Source of the DNA: Candidatus Zixiibacteriota bacterium
GTDB lineage: Bacteria; Zixibacteria; MSB-5A5; GN15; JAAZOE01
Assembly: GCA_043819555.1 (NCBI GenBank)
Contig: JBDREQ010000070.1
Span: 1-36,274, forward strand
Length of the DNA stretch: 36,274 nt
Direction of reading: 5' to 3'
Positions 9,901 through 19,890 of this stretch are shown here, piece after piece. The number at the start of each line of letters is the position of its first letter. Position 1 is the stretch's first letter. The notes below the pieces were generated by a model. That model saw only the letters and a program-made list of their open reading frames with translations. It was not told where the DNA came from and ran no database searches. Both the position numbers and the translations under genes were made by a program.

Positions 9901-10065
9901 GGAAGAAGCGATATTCTTGTAGCCGTTGGCGGCGTTATTCCCGCACAGGATTATGATTTTCTTTTTGAACATGGCGCCTGTGCGATCTTTGGTCCGGGAA
10001 CGGTCATCCCCACTGCGGCCAGGACAATTTTGGAAAAATTGATAGACCGGGAAAAAGGACGATAA
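6958..10065 (+). CDS. scpA: Methylmalonyl-CoA mutase; shortened small-subunit-like N-terminal module fused to a complete catalytic B12-binding subunit
   Basis: '[11 protein letters not shown]', '[17 protein letters not shown]', '[11 protein letters not shown]' B12 motif; the N-terminal ~320 aa carry MutA-like '[12 protein letters not shown]', '[16 protein letters not shown]', '[13 protein letters not shown]'. Confidence 0.92.
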   Translation: MFEEFNKVDVNQWVELAKKIFKDKISEELITKSLPESISIKPLYIHEDVDNSFTPDRTSNGWKIIQDYTIPGIEQIIEDIKNISDESFDIEYLIIHGDYIHNSRGNAVHELTFVLSSAAEYLRIFENRNLTLENIVPKLKFSFGIGSNLFLEIAKLRAARELWKRFVAVIGLPENSNQIHIHAVTSAINKTTDEIHDNILRTTTEAFSAIVGGADSLTILPYDYAIKERSDFAERLANNIQNILREEIRLDKVIDPGGGSYYLEKLTYDLAQKAWEFFRKIESQGGIIESLKKGQFQREAGLESIPDSINIGAEYNRRKNSLMPDFTKIGFTPSQYKDIEKSIDDSQLWKTLEKIDIKPIYGKHDIENLEHLDSLPGFPPYLRGPYPTMYVTRPWTIRQYAGFSTAEDSNAFYRRNLEAGQKGLSVAFDLATHRGYDSDHPRVEGDVGMAGVAIDSILDMKILFDGIPLDKMSVSMTMNGAVLPVMAFYIVAAEEQGVTMDKLTGTIQNDILKEYMVRNTYIYPPQGSMKIVGDIIAFTAENMPKFNSVSISGYHMQEAGATADLEMAYTLANGLEYVRTGMAADLTIDEFAPRLSFFWAIGKNYFMEVAKMRAARMLWAKLISQFNPQNPKSMMLRTHCQTSGWSLTAQDPFNNIARTCIEALAAALGHAQSLHTNALDEAIALPTDFSARIARNTQLYLQEETGICDVIDPWGGSYFVESLTGELCRKAWNHIQEIEELGGMTKAIESGLPKRRIEEASARRQARIDSGEEIIIGVNKYQSEGETSVDILEVDNQIVRKQQINRLRELRDKRDDAAVKQALKAITLCAETGQGNLLELSIQAARARCTLGEISLAIEQVWGRHKAEHNIISGVYKSEFGRSEIIDEVRKLSDEFAAREGRRPRILIAKMGQDGHDRGAKVIATALADLGFDVDIGPLFQTPNETALQAIENDVHIIGMSSLAAGHKTHLPQLVKELKKLGRSDILVAVGGVIPAQDYDFLFEHGACAIFGPGTVIPTAARTILEKLIDREKGR

Positions 10066-10072
10066 CAGTATT

Positions 10073-11182
10073 ATGCCCCGAAGCCCTAAAAAAGATGGCG
10101 AAAAACCAAAATCTGCTCTGCGAATCGTCAAGGGGACAGCCAAGCATGTCTCATTAACCGGCGCCCGTCAAAATCAAAAAAAATCGGAAAAGAAAAACAA
10201 ACCCCAAAATCCCTCTATTAAAAAATTAGTCGAAGGCGTTCTCGCCAACGATCGGGCAATCCTGGCTCGAGTTATAACAATCATCGAATCGGATGCGAAG
10301 AAAGACCAAAAAAGAGCACAGCAAATACTAAAAGAGTTGATCCCTCATTCAGGTAACTCGATTAGAATCGGCATTACCGGAATGCCCGGAGCGGGGAAAA
10401 GTACTTTCATCGATACTCTCGGAATCAAACTCACCGCCCGGAATCACAAAGTCGCCGTCCTGGCTGTGGATCCTTCCAGCAGTCTGACAAAAGGCAGTAT
10501 TCTCGGTGATAAAACTCGAATGGAGAATCTCTCTCGCGACGCCAACGCCTTTATCCGACCCAGCCCGAGCGGCAGGACGCTGGGAGGCGTGTCACGAAAG
10601 ACGAGAGAGTCAATTATTGTTTTCGAAGCCGCGGGATATGATGTCATCCTCGTTGAAACCATCGGCGTCGGCCAAAATGAAATTGCGGTATGTTCAATGG
10701 TTGATTTTTTTCTGTTAATTCTAATTGCCGGAGCAGGCGATGAACTTCAAGGAATCAAGCGCGGAGTCATGGAAATCGCCGATGCCATTGTGATAAATAA
10801 GGCAGACGGCATTAATATCCGGCGAGCCGAAAATACTCGCGAGGAATTTGACCGCGCTCTGCATTATTTCCAGCCGGTAACCGATGGCTGGCAGCCAAAA
10901 GCGATTACGGTTTCGGCGTTGCATGATAATGGAATAGATTCCGCATGGGATATTATCAGGTCCTTCAGAGAAATAACCGAAGTCAACGGCGCTTTCAGGA
11001 TTAAACGCCGAGCTCAATTGAAAAACTGGCTTTATGATCTTATCTCAGGTCACTTGCAAAATCTCTTATTTACCGATTCTAAAATCAAAAAAGCTATTTC
11101 AATATTAGAAAAACAGGTCATTGAAGGCAGGCTCCCGGCCGCCCAGGCCGCCGAAGATATTATCAAAAAATTCCTTAAATAG
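10073..11182 (+). CDS. meaB: Methylmalonyl-CoA mutase-associated GTPase MeaB/ArgK
   Basis: 'IGITGMPGAGKST', 'AVDPSS..TKGSILGDKTRM', 'ETIGVGQ', 'INKAD'; adjacent to the mutase. Confidence 0.95.
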   Translation: MPRSPKKDGEKPKSALRIVKGTAKHVSLTGARQNQKKSEKKNKPQNPSIKKLVEGVLANDRAILARVITIIESDAKKDQKRAQQILKELIPHSGNSIRIGITGMPGAGKSTFIDTLGIKLTARNHKVAVLAVDPSSSLTKGSILGDKTRMENLSRDANAFIRPSPSGRTLGGVSRKTRESIIVFEAAGYDVILVETIGVGQNEIAVCSMVDFFLLILIAGAGDELQGIKRGVMEIADAIVINKADGINIRRAENTREEFDRALHYFQPVTDGWQPKAITVSALHDNGIDSAWDIIRSFREITEVNGAFRIKRRAQLKNWLYDLISGHLQNLLFTDSKIKKAISILEKQVIEGRLPAAQAAEDIIKKFLK

Positions 11183-11290
11183 CCTCTATCAAACAAATTC
11201 CATCAATAGTGAATACTCGGATTCCAATTATGACTAAAACCTGATTGCATTTGCACTCCAAATAGTATAAATTGTCCCCGCACAAGATAT

Positions 11291-11373
11291 GCGAGAGTGG
11301 CGGAACTGGTAGACGCGCTGGATTTAGGATCCAGTCCTTTTCCGGGGTGGGGGTTCGAGTCCCCCCTTTCGCA
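11291..11373 (+). tRNA. tRNA-Leu(TAG), CCA not encoded
   Basis: GCGAGAG/CTTTCGC acceptor stem, D-arm GGCGGAACTGGTAGACGC, anticodon loop TTTAGGA, long variable arm, GGTTCGAGTCCC; typical position upstream of tig. Confidence 0.96.
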
Positions 11374-11395
11374 TTATTTATTATTGGAGGATGAT

Positions 11396-12670
11396 TTGTT
11401 AGTCGAATTAATAGAAAAAGAAGGTTTGAAACGGGAATTGAAAATCGAAATCCCGGCTGAAGAAGTGGATAAGGCTTATAAAAAAATCTATGCTGACATG
11501 AGTAAAAAAATAAAGCTTGATGGTTTCCGACCCGGGAAAATCCCCCCAAATGTTATTCGTAAACGGTTCCACCGCGAAGCTACCGCCGAAGTGATCGATT
11601 CCATGATTAATGAACATTATCCAAAGGCGATCCGTGAGAATCAATTGGAACCGGTCGGGACTCCGGTTCTTACAAATGTTGATGTGGATGAAGGCAAGCC
11701 TCTGAAGTTTTCCCTTGGAATTGAAGTGATGCCAAAATTGGAAGATATTAAGATTGACGGGATTACGGCAGAGGAAATCAAGATTGAAGTTACCGATTCT
11801 GAAGTCGACGAAGTTGTCGAAATAACCCGTAAACAGCAGGCAGCGCTGCGTACTGTCGATCGGCCAGCCAATAAAACTGATTTGCTGATATGCGATCTGG
11901 AGCCGATCCAGGGGGCTATCGAAGGTCTCGGCGATACGCCGATGGATAATCAGGAAATTGATCTCGACAGTCCCAAAACAGTCAAAGAATTCAAAGAAGC
12001 CCTGCCGGGAACAAAACGCGATGATGTCAAGGAAATTATCCTTTCTTTTCCGGAACATCATTCCGATAAAAAATTCGCAGGCAAATCTGTAACCTTCAAA
12101 ACTACTGTCAAAGAAGTTAAAGAAAAGATTTTGCCGGAACTAAACGACGATTTTGCCAAACGCCTTGGCCTCGGAGAAACTTACCTTGAATTCAAGATTA
12201 ATCTGAGAAAACGGATGGAAGCGGAACGAAGAGCAGAACTTTTGCGTAAACAAAAACGGGACATCGTCGATCAAGTCGTCGATAAAAATGAATTTGACGT
12301 CCCCGAAGCGATGCTGGATTCGTATTTTAAGAATGTAATTGAGGACATAAAACGGCAGAATCAGGATGTGGATGAAAAAGAAATTCGGGAAAAATACCGG
12401 CCGATTGGAATCAATACCGTCAAATGGTACCTCCTCTATCATCGCCTTGCCGTCCTCGAAAAAATTGAAGTTTCCGCCGAGGATACCGAAAAATGGATAA
12501 AGAGTTTTGCGGAAAGCTATCGCATGGAATTTGGCAAAGCGAAAGAAATTTTGACACAAACCGGAAAGAGTGAAGAAATCAAAGACGGTATTCTCGAAGA
12601 TAAAGTCATCGAGTTTTTGCTTTCGAAAACCAATTCCGGTCAGGAATCAAAAGAAACTAAGGAAGGTTAA
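11396..12670 (+). CDS. tig: Trigger factor
   Basis: Ribosome-binding signature 'GFRPGKIP'; FKBP-like middle domain; TTG start after GGAGG; tig-clpP-clpX synteny. Confidence 0.95.
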   Translation: MLVELIEKEGLKRELKIEIPAEEVDKAYKKIYADMSKKIKLDGFRPGKIPPNVIRKRFHREATAEVIDSMINEHYPKAIRENQLEPVGTPVLTNVDVDEGKPLKFSLGIEVMPKLEDIKIDGITAEEIKIEVTDSEVDEVVEITRKQQAALRTVDRPANKTDLLICDLEPIQGAIEGLGDTPMDNQEIDLDSPKTVKEFKEALPGTKRDDVKEIILSFPEHHSDKKFAGKSVTFKTTVKEVKEKILPELNDDFAKRLGLGETYLEFKINLRKRMEAERRAELLRKQKRDIVDQVVDKNEFDVPEAMLDSYFKNVIEDIKRQNQDVDEKEIREKYRPIGINTVKWYLLYHRLAVLEKIEVSAEDTEKWIKSFAESYRMEFGKAKEILTQTGKSEEIKDGILEDKVIEFLLSKTNSGQESKETKEG

Positions 12671-12673
12671 GAT

Positions 12674-13276
12674 ATGACTTTAATACCAATGGTCGTTGAG
12701 ACAACCGGACGCGGAGAACGCGCCTATGATATTTACTCGCGTCTTCTCAAAGACAGAATCATTTTTATCGGATCCCCGATTGATGATAATATCGCTAATC
12801 TTGTCATCGCCCAGATGCTTTTTCTGGAAGCGGAAGACCCGGCCAAGGATATTTTCCTCTATATAAACTCTCCGGGTGGATCGGTCACGGCCGGAATGGC
12901 CATTTACGATACGATGCAGTTTGTCAAACCCGATATCGTCACCACCTGCATGGGTTTAGCCGCCTCAATGGGCGCTTTTCTTCTTGCTGCCGGTACCGCC
13001 GGAAAACGTTCAGGTTTGCCCAATTCGCGTATTATGATTCATCAGCCGATGGCCGGAACGCAGGGCCAGGTTTCGGATATCGAAATTATGACAAAAGAGT
13101 TTCTATATACCAAAAAGAAGTTGAATGAACTTCTGGTTTTGCATACCGGTCAATCGCTTGAAAATATTGAAAGAGATACCGACCGTAATTATTTCATGTC
13201 TGCCCGAGAAGCCAAAGAATACGGCCTGATTGACAAAGTCTATGAGTTTGGTCTGAAAACGAAAGATAAAAAATAG
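12674..13276 (+). CDS. clpP: ATP-dependent Clp protease proteolytic subunit
   Basis: '[13 protein letters not shown]', 'YINSPGGSV', 'GLAASMG', 'RIMIHQP'. Confidence 0.99.
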   Translation: MTLIPMVVETTGRGERAYDIYSRLLKDRIIFIGSPIDDNIANLVIAQMLFLEAEDPAKDIFLYINSPGGSVTAGMAIYDTMQFVKPDIVTTCMGLAASMGAFLLAAGTAGKRSGLPNSRIMIHQPMAGTQGQVSDIEIMTKEFLYTKKKLNELLVLHTGQSLENIERDTDRNYFMSAREAKEYGLIDKVYEFGLKTKDKK

Positions 13277-13288
13277 GAAATTACTATC

Positions 13289-14542
13289 GTGGGTGATGGT
13301 CCCAAAACTCCCGGCCCAACAGAACGGTGTTCTTTCTGCGGCAAAAAAGCTTCGCAGGTAAAACGCCTGTATTCAGGTTATAACGCTTACATCTGCAATG
13401 ATTGCGTCATCCTGTGCCACGACCTGACGCAGGGTACGCCCGAAGAAATTTTGCCCCGTGAGGATTTTGTCCTGCCTTCGCCGACTGAAACCAAGGAATT
13501 CCTTGATAAATATGTCATCGATCAGGAAGAAGCCAAACGCACCGTTTCGGTCGCCGTTTATAATCACTACAAGCGCGTCCAGAACCGCGAGAAAACCAAA
13601 GATGTCGAACTGGAAAAATCGAATATTCTCCTTTTAGGCCCGACCGGAACCGGTAAAACCCTGATAGCCCGCACGCTGGCTAAATTTCTGAAAGTTCCCT
13701 TTACTATTGCCGATGCAACCGTCCTGACTGAAGCCGGGTATGTCGGGGAAGATGTCGAAAATATTCTGGTCCGGCTTTACCATGCCGCCAACTACGACGC
13801 TGGTAAAACCGAACAGGGTATCATCTATATCGATGAAATCGACAAAATCTCTCGCACCGATGGAAATCCATCGATAACCCGCGATGTTTCTGGCGAAGGC
13901 GTCCAGCAAGCGCTCCTCAAAATCCTTGAAGGCACGGTCGCCAATATTCCTCCCAAAGGAGGCCGCAAACATCCCGAGCAGGCTTTTGTCTCGATTGACA
14001 CGTCAAATATTTTATTTATCTGCGGCGGAGCTTTCGAAGGGCTCGATAAGTGTATCGCCCGCCGGATCGGAAAGAAAACCGTTGGATTCGATTCGAGGAA
14101 AATCGACTTCGATGAAGACAAATCAGCTCTTTTGGACCAGGTCGAACCGCCCGATTTGCTCGAATACGGTCTCATCCCCGAACTTATAGGCCGCCTTCCC
14201 GTTGTGTCCGCGCTGCGTCCCCTGTCGGAAGAAGCGCTTCTGACGATTCTTACCGAACCGCAAAACGCTCTGGTCAAACAATTTCAAAAATTGTTCGAGC
14301 TTGACGGTATTAAATTAACATTCGAACCGTCAGCCCTCAGCGCCACCGTGGCCAAAGCAGTTTTGCGCAAAACCGGAGCCCGTTCATTGCGCTCGATTCT
14401 GGAATCATCACTGCTTGATATAATGTATGAAACGCCGACGATTCCGGATTTGAAAGAAGTCATCATCACCGATAAAGTCATCAACAAAACCGGCGAAGCA
14501 GAATACAAATTCAAAACCAAACGCGGCAAAAAATCCGCGTAG
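13289..14542 (+). CDS. clpX: ATP-dependent Clp protease ATP-binding subunit ClpX
   Basis: CSFC..CNDC Zn finger, 'GPTGTGKT', 'IDEIDK', '[14 protein letters not shown]', 'GARSLR'. Confidence 0.99.
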   Translation: MGDGPKTPGPTERCSFCGKKASQVKRLYSGYNAYICNDCVILCHDLTQGTPEEILPREDFVLPSPTETKEFLDKYVIDQEEAKRTVSVAVYNHYKRVQNREKTKDVELEKSNILLLGPTGTGKTLIARTLAKFLKVPFTIADATVLTEAGYVGEDVENILVRLYHAANYDAGKTEQGIIYIDEIDKISRTDGNPSITRDVSGEGVQQALLKILEGTVANIPPKGGRKHPEQAFVSIDTSNILFICGGAFEGLDKCIARRIGKKTVGFDSRKIDFDEDKSALLDQVEPPDLLEYGLIPELIGRLPVVSALRPLSEEALLTILTEPQNALVKQFQKLFELDGIKLTFEPSALSATVAKAVLRKTGARSLRSILESSLLDIMYETPTIPDLKEVIITDKVINKTGEAEYKFKTKRGKKSA

Positions 14543-14728
14543 CGATTTCATGTAAAAATCATTTCTCCAATCAGCCTTCTTAAAGCAATAAATATTAAAT
14601 AGCTGCGAAACCGGATAAAAATTAAATAATTATAATTGTAAATTGAATTCAGAATGAGTAAAATGAATGAGAAATCCGACAAAAACTTTTAATGATACAA
14701 AATGCGAATTAAAGATGAGGATATTTAT

Positions 14729-15079
14729 ATGGGTTTCTATACAGTTAAGATCGTTCTAACGACCGCATCAATAATTGCGATTTCGGAGATTGCCAGGCGG
14801 AGCTCGTTTTTTGGGGCCTTATTAGCCTCAATTCCATTAATCTCCGTGCTGGCAATGCTCTGGCTGTACATAGATACCAAAGATGTCGCAAAAGTCAGCG
14901 CTTTGTCGATGAGTGTTTTTTGGCTTGTCATACCCTCTTTGACATTGTTTTTGGTATTGCCATTACTATTGAAACAAGGCTGGAATTTTTACCTGAGCAT
15001 TACCATTTCAATCGGGCTTACGGTTGTAAGCTATTGGTTAATGATCACCATCCTAAATCATTTTGGTGTAAAACTGTAA
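14729..15079 (+). CDS. DUF3147-family small membrane protein
   Basis: 'ISEIARRS..GALLASIPLISVLAMLWLY' pattern; four hydrophobic segments; SD GAGG before ATG 14729. Confidence 0.75.
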   Translation: MGFYTVKIVLTTASIIAISEIARRSSFFGALLASIPLISVLAMLWLYIDTKDVAKVSALSMSVFWLVIPSLTLFLVLPLLLKQGWNFYLSITISIGLTVVSYWLMITILNHFGVKL

Positions 15080-15276
15080 TTGATACCAGGCGGATAGGAT
15101 GATGCATCGGGTTCCGAAGGAGTGAAAAGGATGGGGAGCTTAATTACATGGGCGGCAGTCGTCCTCGTCTGCCCCATTATTAATCTGAGGAAACAAACCC
15201 ATTATTTCAAAAATCGTCTTTCATAAATTTCACCCAATATTTGACTTTCCGGCTGTCTCGATATAGTTTGCCTGCC

Positions 15277-17211
15277 ATGTTTGAAAAAATTGCGACCCCT
15301 TCAATATCCAGACAGACTTTTAAAACGATTGTCGCTTTGCTTCTATTAATATATGCGGTTATGCTTGTCCGAACGGCCTGGACATATGAAGACGTCTATA
15401 TTACTCTAAGAACAGTCGATAATTTTGTAAACGGCTATGGACTCACCTGGAATGTATCCGAGCGCGTGCAGACATATACGCATCCACTCTGGATGTTTTT
15501 GTTATCGGCCATATACTTATTAACACGCGAATCATTTTTAACAGTCATATTTTTTTCCATAACCGTATCGCTGATGGCGGTATTGATCTATGTTCTCGCG
15601 TTCGCGAACAAAGAACGGGCGGTTATTGCGGGATTATTAATATTTTTGATGTCAAAATTTTTTGTCGATTACTCCACTCCAGGATTTGAAAATCCATTGA
15701 CTCATTTATTGGCGGTTTTATTCGCGGCTGTTTTTCTTAAGCGGCGGCACGATAGGCGCACTTTGTTTTACTTATCATTATTAATGTCATTAAGCCTTCT
15801 CAACCGCATGGATACGGTTCTTATTTTTATTCCAGCCGTGCTCTATTCGTTTTGGCATGTTCGTTCAGTCCGTGCAATTGGCATAATTGCCCTCGGAATG
15901 ACGCCGTTTGTTTTGTGGGAAATATTTTCTTTGTGGTATTATGGAACGCCATTTCCTAATACCGCTTACGCCAAACTGAATAACGGAATTCCACTTTGGA
16001 ACCTTATCATTCAGGGCGCCTATTATCTGGAAGGAGCTTTTCGCGGTGATCGCTTGATGATTATAACCATCATCGCTGCAATCGGAGCCGCGATCTGGCG
16101 GCGAGGACGCACCGGATGGCCACTGGCGGCGGGTGCGTTGGCCTATATTATTTATGTTGTCTGCATCGGTGGTTGTTTTATCGGGGGTCGATTCTTAACT
16201 GCTCCATTTTTTATGGCCGTGATTATCCTGACCCAGTATGGGAAATTATTTTCCGGAAGGAGAATATATTATGTCGCTGTCCTGACCATCGTGCTTGGTT
16301 TGACAATCAAAGGACCTCCGATGTTGAGCGGCCGCGATTTCGGGAGCGATCCTTATGAGTGGGGATTTGGCCATGGAATAGAAGATTCCCGATTACTCGT
16401 ATTTCAAGATAACGGATTATATAATAAACTGGGGTGGCAAAAAGAATCGACGCACCATTGGGTCGAAAACGGCCGCCGCAACCATGAATTGAAAATACCA
16501 GTTGTCATAGAAGGGACAATCGGCTTTATTGGTTATTACAGCGGTCAGGGGACGCATATAATCGATTTCATGGGTTTGGCCGATCCGTTTCTGGCACATC
16601 TACCGGCAATAAAATTGAATAGCTGGCGGCCAGGACATTTCCGCAGAATCATCCCCGAAGGGTATCTGGAGACAATTGAACAAAATAAAAACTTAATCAA
16701 GGATCCCTGGCTGGCGGCTTATTATGATTCCCTCTGTCTCGTAATCAAAGCCCCGCTTTGCTCACCCGGTAGACTATCCGCGATAATAAAATTAAATCTG
16801 GGCGAATATGATTATTTGCTAAAAAACGCCGCTCATCCAATAAAAACGATATCAATAAACGATATAAGTACACCTGTTGCCGAAGGCACTGCCTGGTGGC
16901 ATCCTGATATGACAGTTGTCCCGCAAGATGGCATTATCATCAAACTTGAATATCCAATAACATTTAAAAAGTTTATGATTAGTATCGACAACGATGATGA
17001 TTATCTGATTGGCTATAGCCTGGGCGATAAAATAATCGGCGAATACCGGCTATGGAATAAAAAGGCCGGTTCCGCAGGATTGATTTATAAAATAGTCAAT
17101 GTCCCTGACTCCATTTATTCGGTCGGCTACGACGCCATACGATTGGTGCCTGCCGAGCCGGATAATGATTGCGCCCTGGGACATATTTCGTTTGATGCCC
17201 GAGGGCAATAG
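15277..17211 (+). CDS. GT-C-type membrane glycosyltransferase (arabinofuranosyltransferase-like) with C-terminal soluble domain
   Basis: 'AWTYEDVYITLRTVDNFVNGYGLTWN..ERVQTYTHPLW', 'YYGTPFPNTAYAK', 'WRPGHF'; many TM helices. Confidence 0.75.
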   Translation: MFEKIATPSISRQTFKTIVALLLLIYAVMLVRTAWTYEDVYITLRTVDNFVNGYGLTWNVSERVQTYTHPLWMFLLSAIYLLTRESFLTVIFFSITVSLMAVLIYVLAFANKERAVIAGLLIFLMSKFFVDYSTPGFENPLTHLLAVLFAAVFLKRRHDRRTLFYLSLLMSLSLLNRMDTVLIFIPAVLYSFWHVRSVRAIGIIALGMTPFVLWEIFSLWYYGTPFPNTAYAKLNNGIPLWNLIIQGAYYLEGAFRGDRLMIITIIAAIGAAIWRRGRTGWPLAAGALAYIIYVVCIGGCFIGGRFLTAPFFMAVIILTQYGKLFSGRRIYYVAVLTIVLGLTIKGPPMLSGRDFGSDPYEWGFGHGIEDSRLLVFQDNGLYNKLGWQKESTHHWVENGRRNHELKIPVVIEGTIGFIGYYSGQGTHIIDFMGLADPFLAHLPAIKLNSWRPGHFRRIIPEGYLETIEQNKNLIKDPWLAAYYDSLCLVIKAPLCSPGRLSAIIKLNLGEYDYLLKNAAHPIKTISINDISTPVAEGTAWWHPDMTVVPQDGIIIKLEYPITFKKFMISIDNDDDYLIGYSLGDKIIGEYRLWNKKAGSAGLIYKIVNVPDSIYSVGYDAIRLVPAEPDNDCALGHISFDARGQ

Positions 17212-17327
17212 ATTGATATCAATATTCACCCAATTAATAATTTGCAAGTTGTGATTTGACAATCTTGTTTCCCGGTACTATTTTGCCTGCCGTGACTTGA
17301 ATTCAAATATTTTTGGGAGGATAAATT

Positions 17328-18728
17328 ATGTCTGACAATGTCCGTATAGAAAAAGATACGATGGGCGAAGTGCAGGTGCCCGCCGATAAATACTGGGGTG
17401 CGCAAACTCAACGCTCGCTTATGAATTTCAAAATCGGGTTTGACCGAATGCCGCGCGAAATTATCCGGGCGTTTGGAATTCTTAAAAAAGGAGCCGCTCT
17501 GGCCAATTGCGATTTAGGCGTTTTGCCCAAAGACAAGGCTGATTTGATTTGCAAGGCCGCCGATGAAGTTATCGCCGGGAAACTCGATGACAATTTTCCG
17601 CTGGTGGTCTGGCAAACCGGATCGGGGACGCAGTCGAATATGAATTCCAATGAAGTTATCGCCAACCGCGCCATTGAAATGGCGGGCGGTAAAATCGGTT
17701 CCAAAGACCCGATTCATCCCAACGACGACGTCAATAAAAGCCAGTCGTCCAATGACGTTTTTCCAACGGCCATGCATATTGCCGCCACCGAAGAAGTAAC
17801 TCACACGCTTCTGCCGGCCCTGGAAAAACTGCACGCGACCCTAAAAGAAAAAGAGGAAGCGTACAAAGATATCGTCAAAGTCGGCCGAACGCATCTAATG
17901 GATGCCGTACCGCTAACCTTGGGACAGGAATTTTCCGGCTATCGCCAACAGGCTGAAAACGCCATCGCGCGAATAAAAGAATCGCTCAAGTATCTCAAAG
18001 AGCTGGCTCAAGGCGGGACCGCCGTCGGCACCGGCCTTAATACTCATCCGAAATTCGCTGTCAAAGTCGCTGATAAGATTTCTGAGTTGACCGGAATCGA
18101 TTTCGTGACGGCTCCCAACAAATTTGAGGCGCTGGCGGCGCATGATGCGATTGTCTATGCTCACGGCGCGCTTAAAACTCTGGCCTGTTCGCTGATGAAA
18201 CTGGCCAACGATATTCGCTGGCTCGGTTCAGGGCCGCGCTGCGGCATCGGCGAACTGATTTTACCGGCCAACGAACCGGGATCGTCGATTATGCCCGGCA
18301 AAGTTAACCCGACTCAGTCGGAAGCGATGACAATGGTCTGCGCCCAGGTGATGGGTAATGACGTAGCCATTAACATCGGCGGCAGCTCCGGTAATTTCGA
18401 ATTGAACGTCTTCAAACCGGTCATGATTCACAATTTTCTCCACTCGGTCAGAATCCTTTCGGGAACGATTAACTGCTTCATCGAAAAATGCCTTGCCGGA
18501 CTGGAGCCAAATTTGCCGGTAATCGACAAACTCAAATCCAACACACTGATGCTGGTTACGGCTCTCAATCCTCACATCGGGTATGACAACGCAGCCAAAA
18601 TAGCCAAGAAAGCACACGCCGATGGTTCGACGCTCAAAGAAGTAGCGGTAGAACTGGGATTATTGACCGCCGAGGAGTTTGATGAGAAGGTAAAACCGGA
18701 GGATATGGTCAGACCGAAGGCGAAGTAA
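17328..18728 (+). CDS. fumC: Class II fumarate hydratase
   Basis: 'WGAQTQRS', '[12 protein letters not shown]', '[13 protein letters not shown]'. Confidence 0.99.
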   Translation: MSDNVRIEKDTMGEVQVPADKYWGAQTQRSLMNFKIGFDRMPREIIRAFGILKKGAALANCDLGVLPKDKADLICKAADEVIAGKLDDNFPLVVWQTGSGTQSNMNSNEVIANRAIEMAGGKIGSKDPIHPNDDVNKSQSSNDVFPTAMHIAATEEVTHTLLPALEKLHATLKEKEEAYKDIVKVGRTHLMDAVPLTLGQEFSGYRQQAENAIARIKESLKYLKELAQGGTAVGTGLNTHPKFAVKVADKISELTGIDFVTAPNKFEALAAHDAIVYAHGALKTLACSLMKLANDIRWLGSGPRCGIGELILPANEPGSSIMPGKVNPTQSEAMTMVCAQVMGNDVAINIGGSSGNFELNVFKPVMIHNFLHSVRILSGTINCFIEKCLAGLEPNLPVIDKLKSNTLMLVTALNPHIGYDNAAKIAKKAHADGSTLKEVAVELGLLTAEEFDEKVKPEDMVRPKAK

Positions 18729-18786
18729 GATTATATCCGGTCAGATATGGAGAGGTTGTCCCATAAGCTTTAACTGAATGCGGTCA

Positions 18787-18809
18787 GTCGAAACCGCAGG
18801 GGTTTCGAC
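18787..18809. repeat. REP-like palindrome or terminator between convergent genes
   Basis: GTCGAAACC-gcagg-GGTTTCGAC perfect 9-bp stem. Confidence 0.55.
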
Positions 18810-18857
18810 CTATACCACATCGTATAGATGATATTATTAAATATATAACGACCATGG

Positions 18858-18977
18858 TGTCATTCCTACAGAACCAGGAATCCATGTGGCGTAAGGAGAA
18901 GTGCTGAATTTGTCATTTATCGATTACTCTGTATGGATGCCAGCAACGATCCCTTTGGGTCTTTCGCTGGAATGACA
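18858..18977. repeat. Paired inverted REP-like element (TGTCATTCC...GGAATCCA / TGGAT...GGAATGACA)
   Basis: Outer 9-bp inverted repeat TGTCATTCC/GGAATGACA; each arm is an internal hairpin. Confidence 0.6.
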
Positions 18978-19020
18978 AGTTCATTTTATGAGATAAAGTC
19001 CAATGAAGATCATCGTCAGC

Positions 19021-19560
19021 TTACTTTACGATCCCGGCTATTTGTTTGAACTGGTCGCCACCGGCTTTTTGGAGGATTTCAAACAGAGCCATCTCGACCG
19101 TAGTAATTTTCGCTCCGGCGTCTTTCATGGCTGTCAAACCGAAATGCTTGTTATCCATCGTCCGTGATGATACCGCGTCGGCGGGCACATAAACTTCATA
19201 ACTGGCATTAAGTAAATCGATAACCGTTTGATAAACGCAAATATGGGTCTCAATACCTATGACAATAATCTGCCGCCTACCCGTCTGAGTTAAGGCTTTG
19301 ATAAAACCTTCATTGCCGCAGCAGCTGAAAGTTGATTTGGCCATCGGTTGGATTTTATCGAGAAGTTCTTTTATTTGAGGGATCGTCCCCCCCAGCTTAT
19401 CGGGCACCTGCTCATTCCAAAGTATCGGCAATTCCAGAACCTGAGCGCCTTTGATCATTTTAACGGCATTTTCAAACAGCTTGTCTTTTTCGTACATAAG
19501 TCCGGCCAGTTTACCCTGAATATCAACGACAGCCAAAGCCGTATTTTCTAATTTTAACAT
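19021..19560 (-). CDS. Isochorismatase-family cysteine hydrolase
   Basis: 'VVDIQGKL', 'KSTFSC', 'GIETHICVYQT', 'DAVSSR'. Confidence 0.92.
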   Translation of the reverse strand: MLKLENTALAVVDIQGKLAGLMYEKDKLFENAVKMIKGAQVLELPILWNEQVPDKLGGTIPQIKELLDKIQPMAKSTFSCCGNEGFIKALTQTGRRQIIVIGIETHICVYQTVIDLLNASYEVYVPADAVSSRTMDNKHFGLTAMKDAGAKITTVEMALFEILQKAGGDQFKQIAGIVK

Positions 19561-19803
19561 CTATTTGCTCCTGCTTTTTAATACTGGTGAGTTTAATAAA
19601 TATTCAACACCGTTTTTCCCAAACTGTTCCGGCTAAATCCATTACGCAATAATGTCATCACAGGAAGCAAAAAGCCAGATAAATCATTTTTTTGGGCGGT
19701 CAAACCAGCCCAAACTTAGAAGATACAGTGCCCTGAGATTGACCGGAAATTTAACAAAATCAAAGAAATTGCCTGAGTAAACGCTGCAAATTCCAATTGA
19801 GCA

Positions 19804-19830
19804 TAAATTGTCTGCCTTGGAAGCCGATGT
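19804..19830 (+). promoter_or_regulatory. Sigma-28 (FliA/WhiG)-like promoter
   Basis: TAAA-N15-GCCGATGT about 60 nt upstream of the HD-GYP gene. Confidence 0.55.
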
Positions 19831-19890
19831 ATTGTAAGACAGGGTCTGCACGACACTTTTATGCCCTGGAAAAGATCAAGCGAGGATTAA

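Noticed and set aside
11297..11395. N-terminal extension of tig in the ORF track
   Set aside because: It overlaps tRNA-Leu; the real start is TTG 11396 after GGAGG
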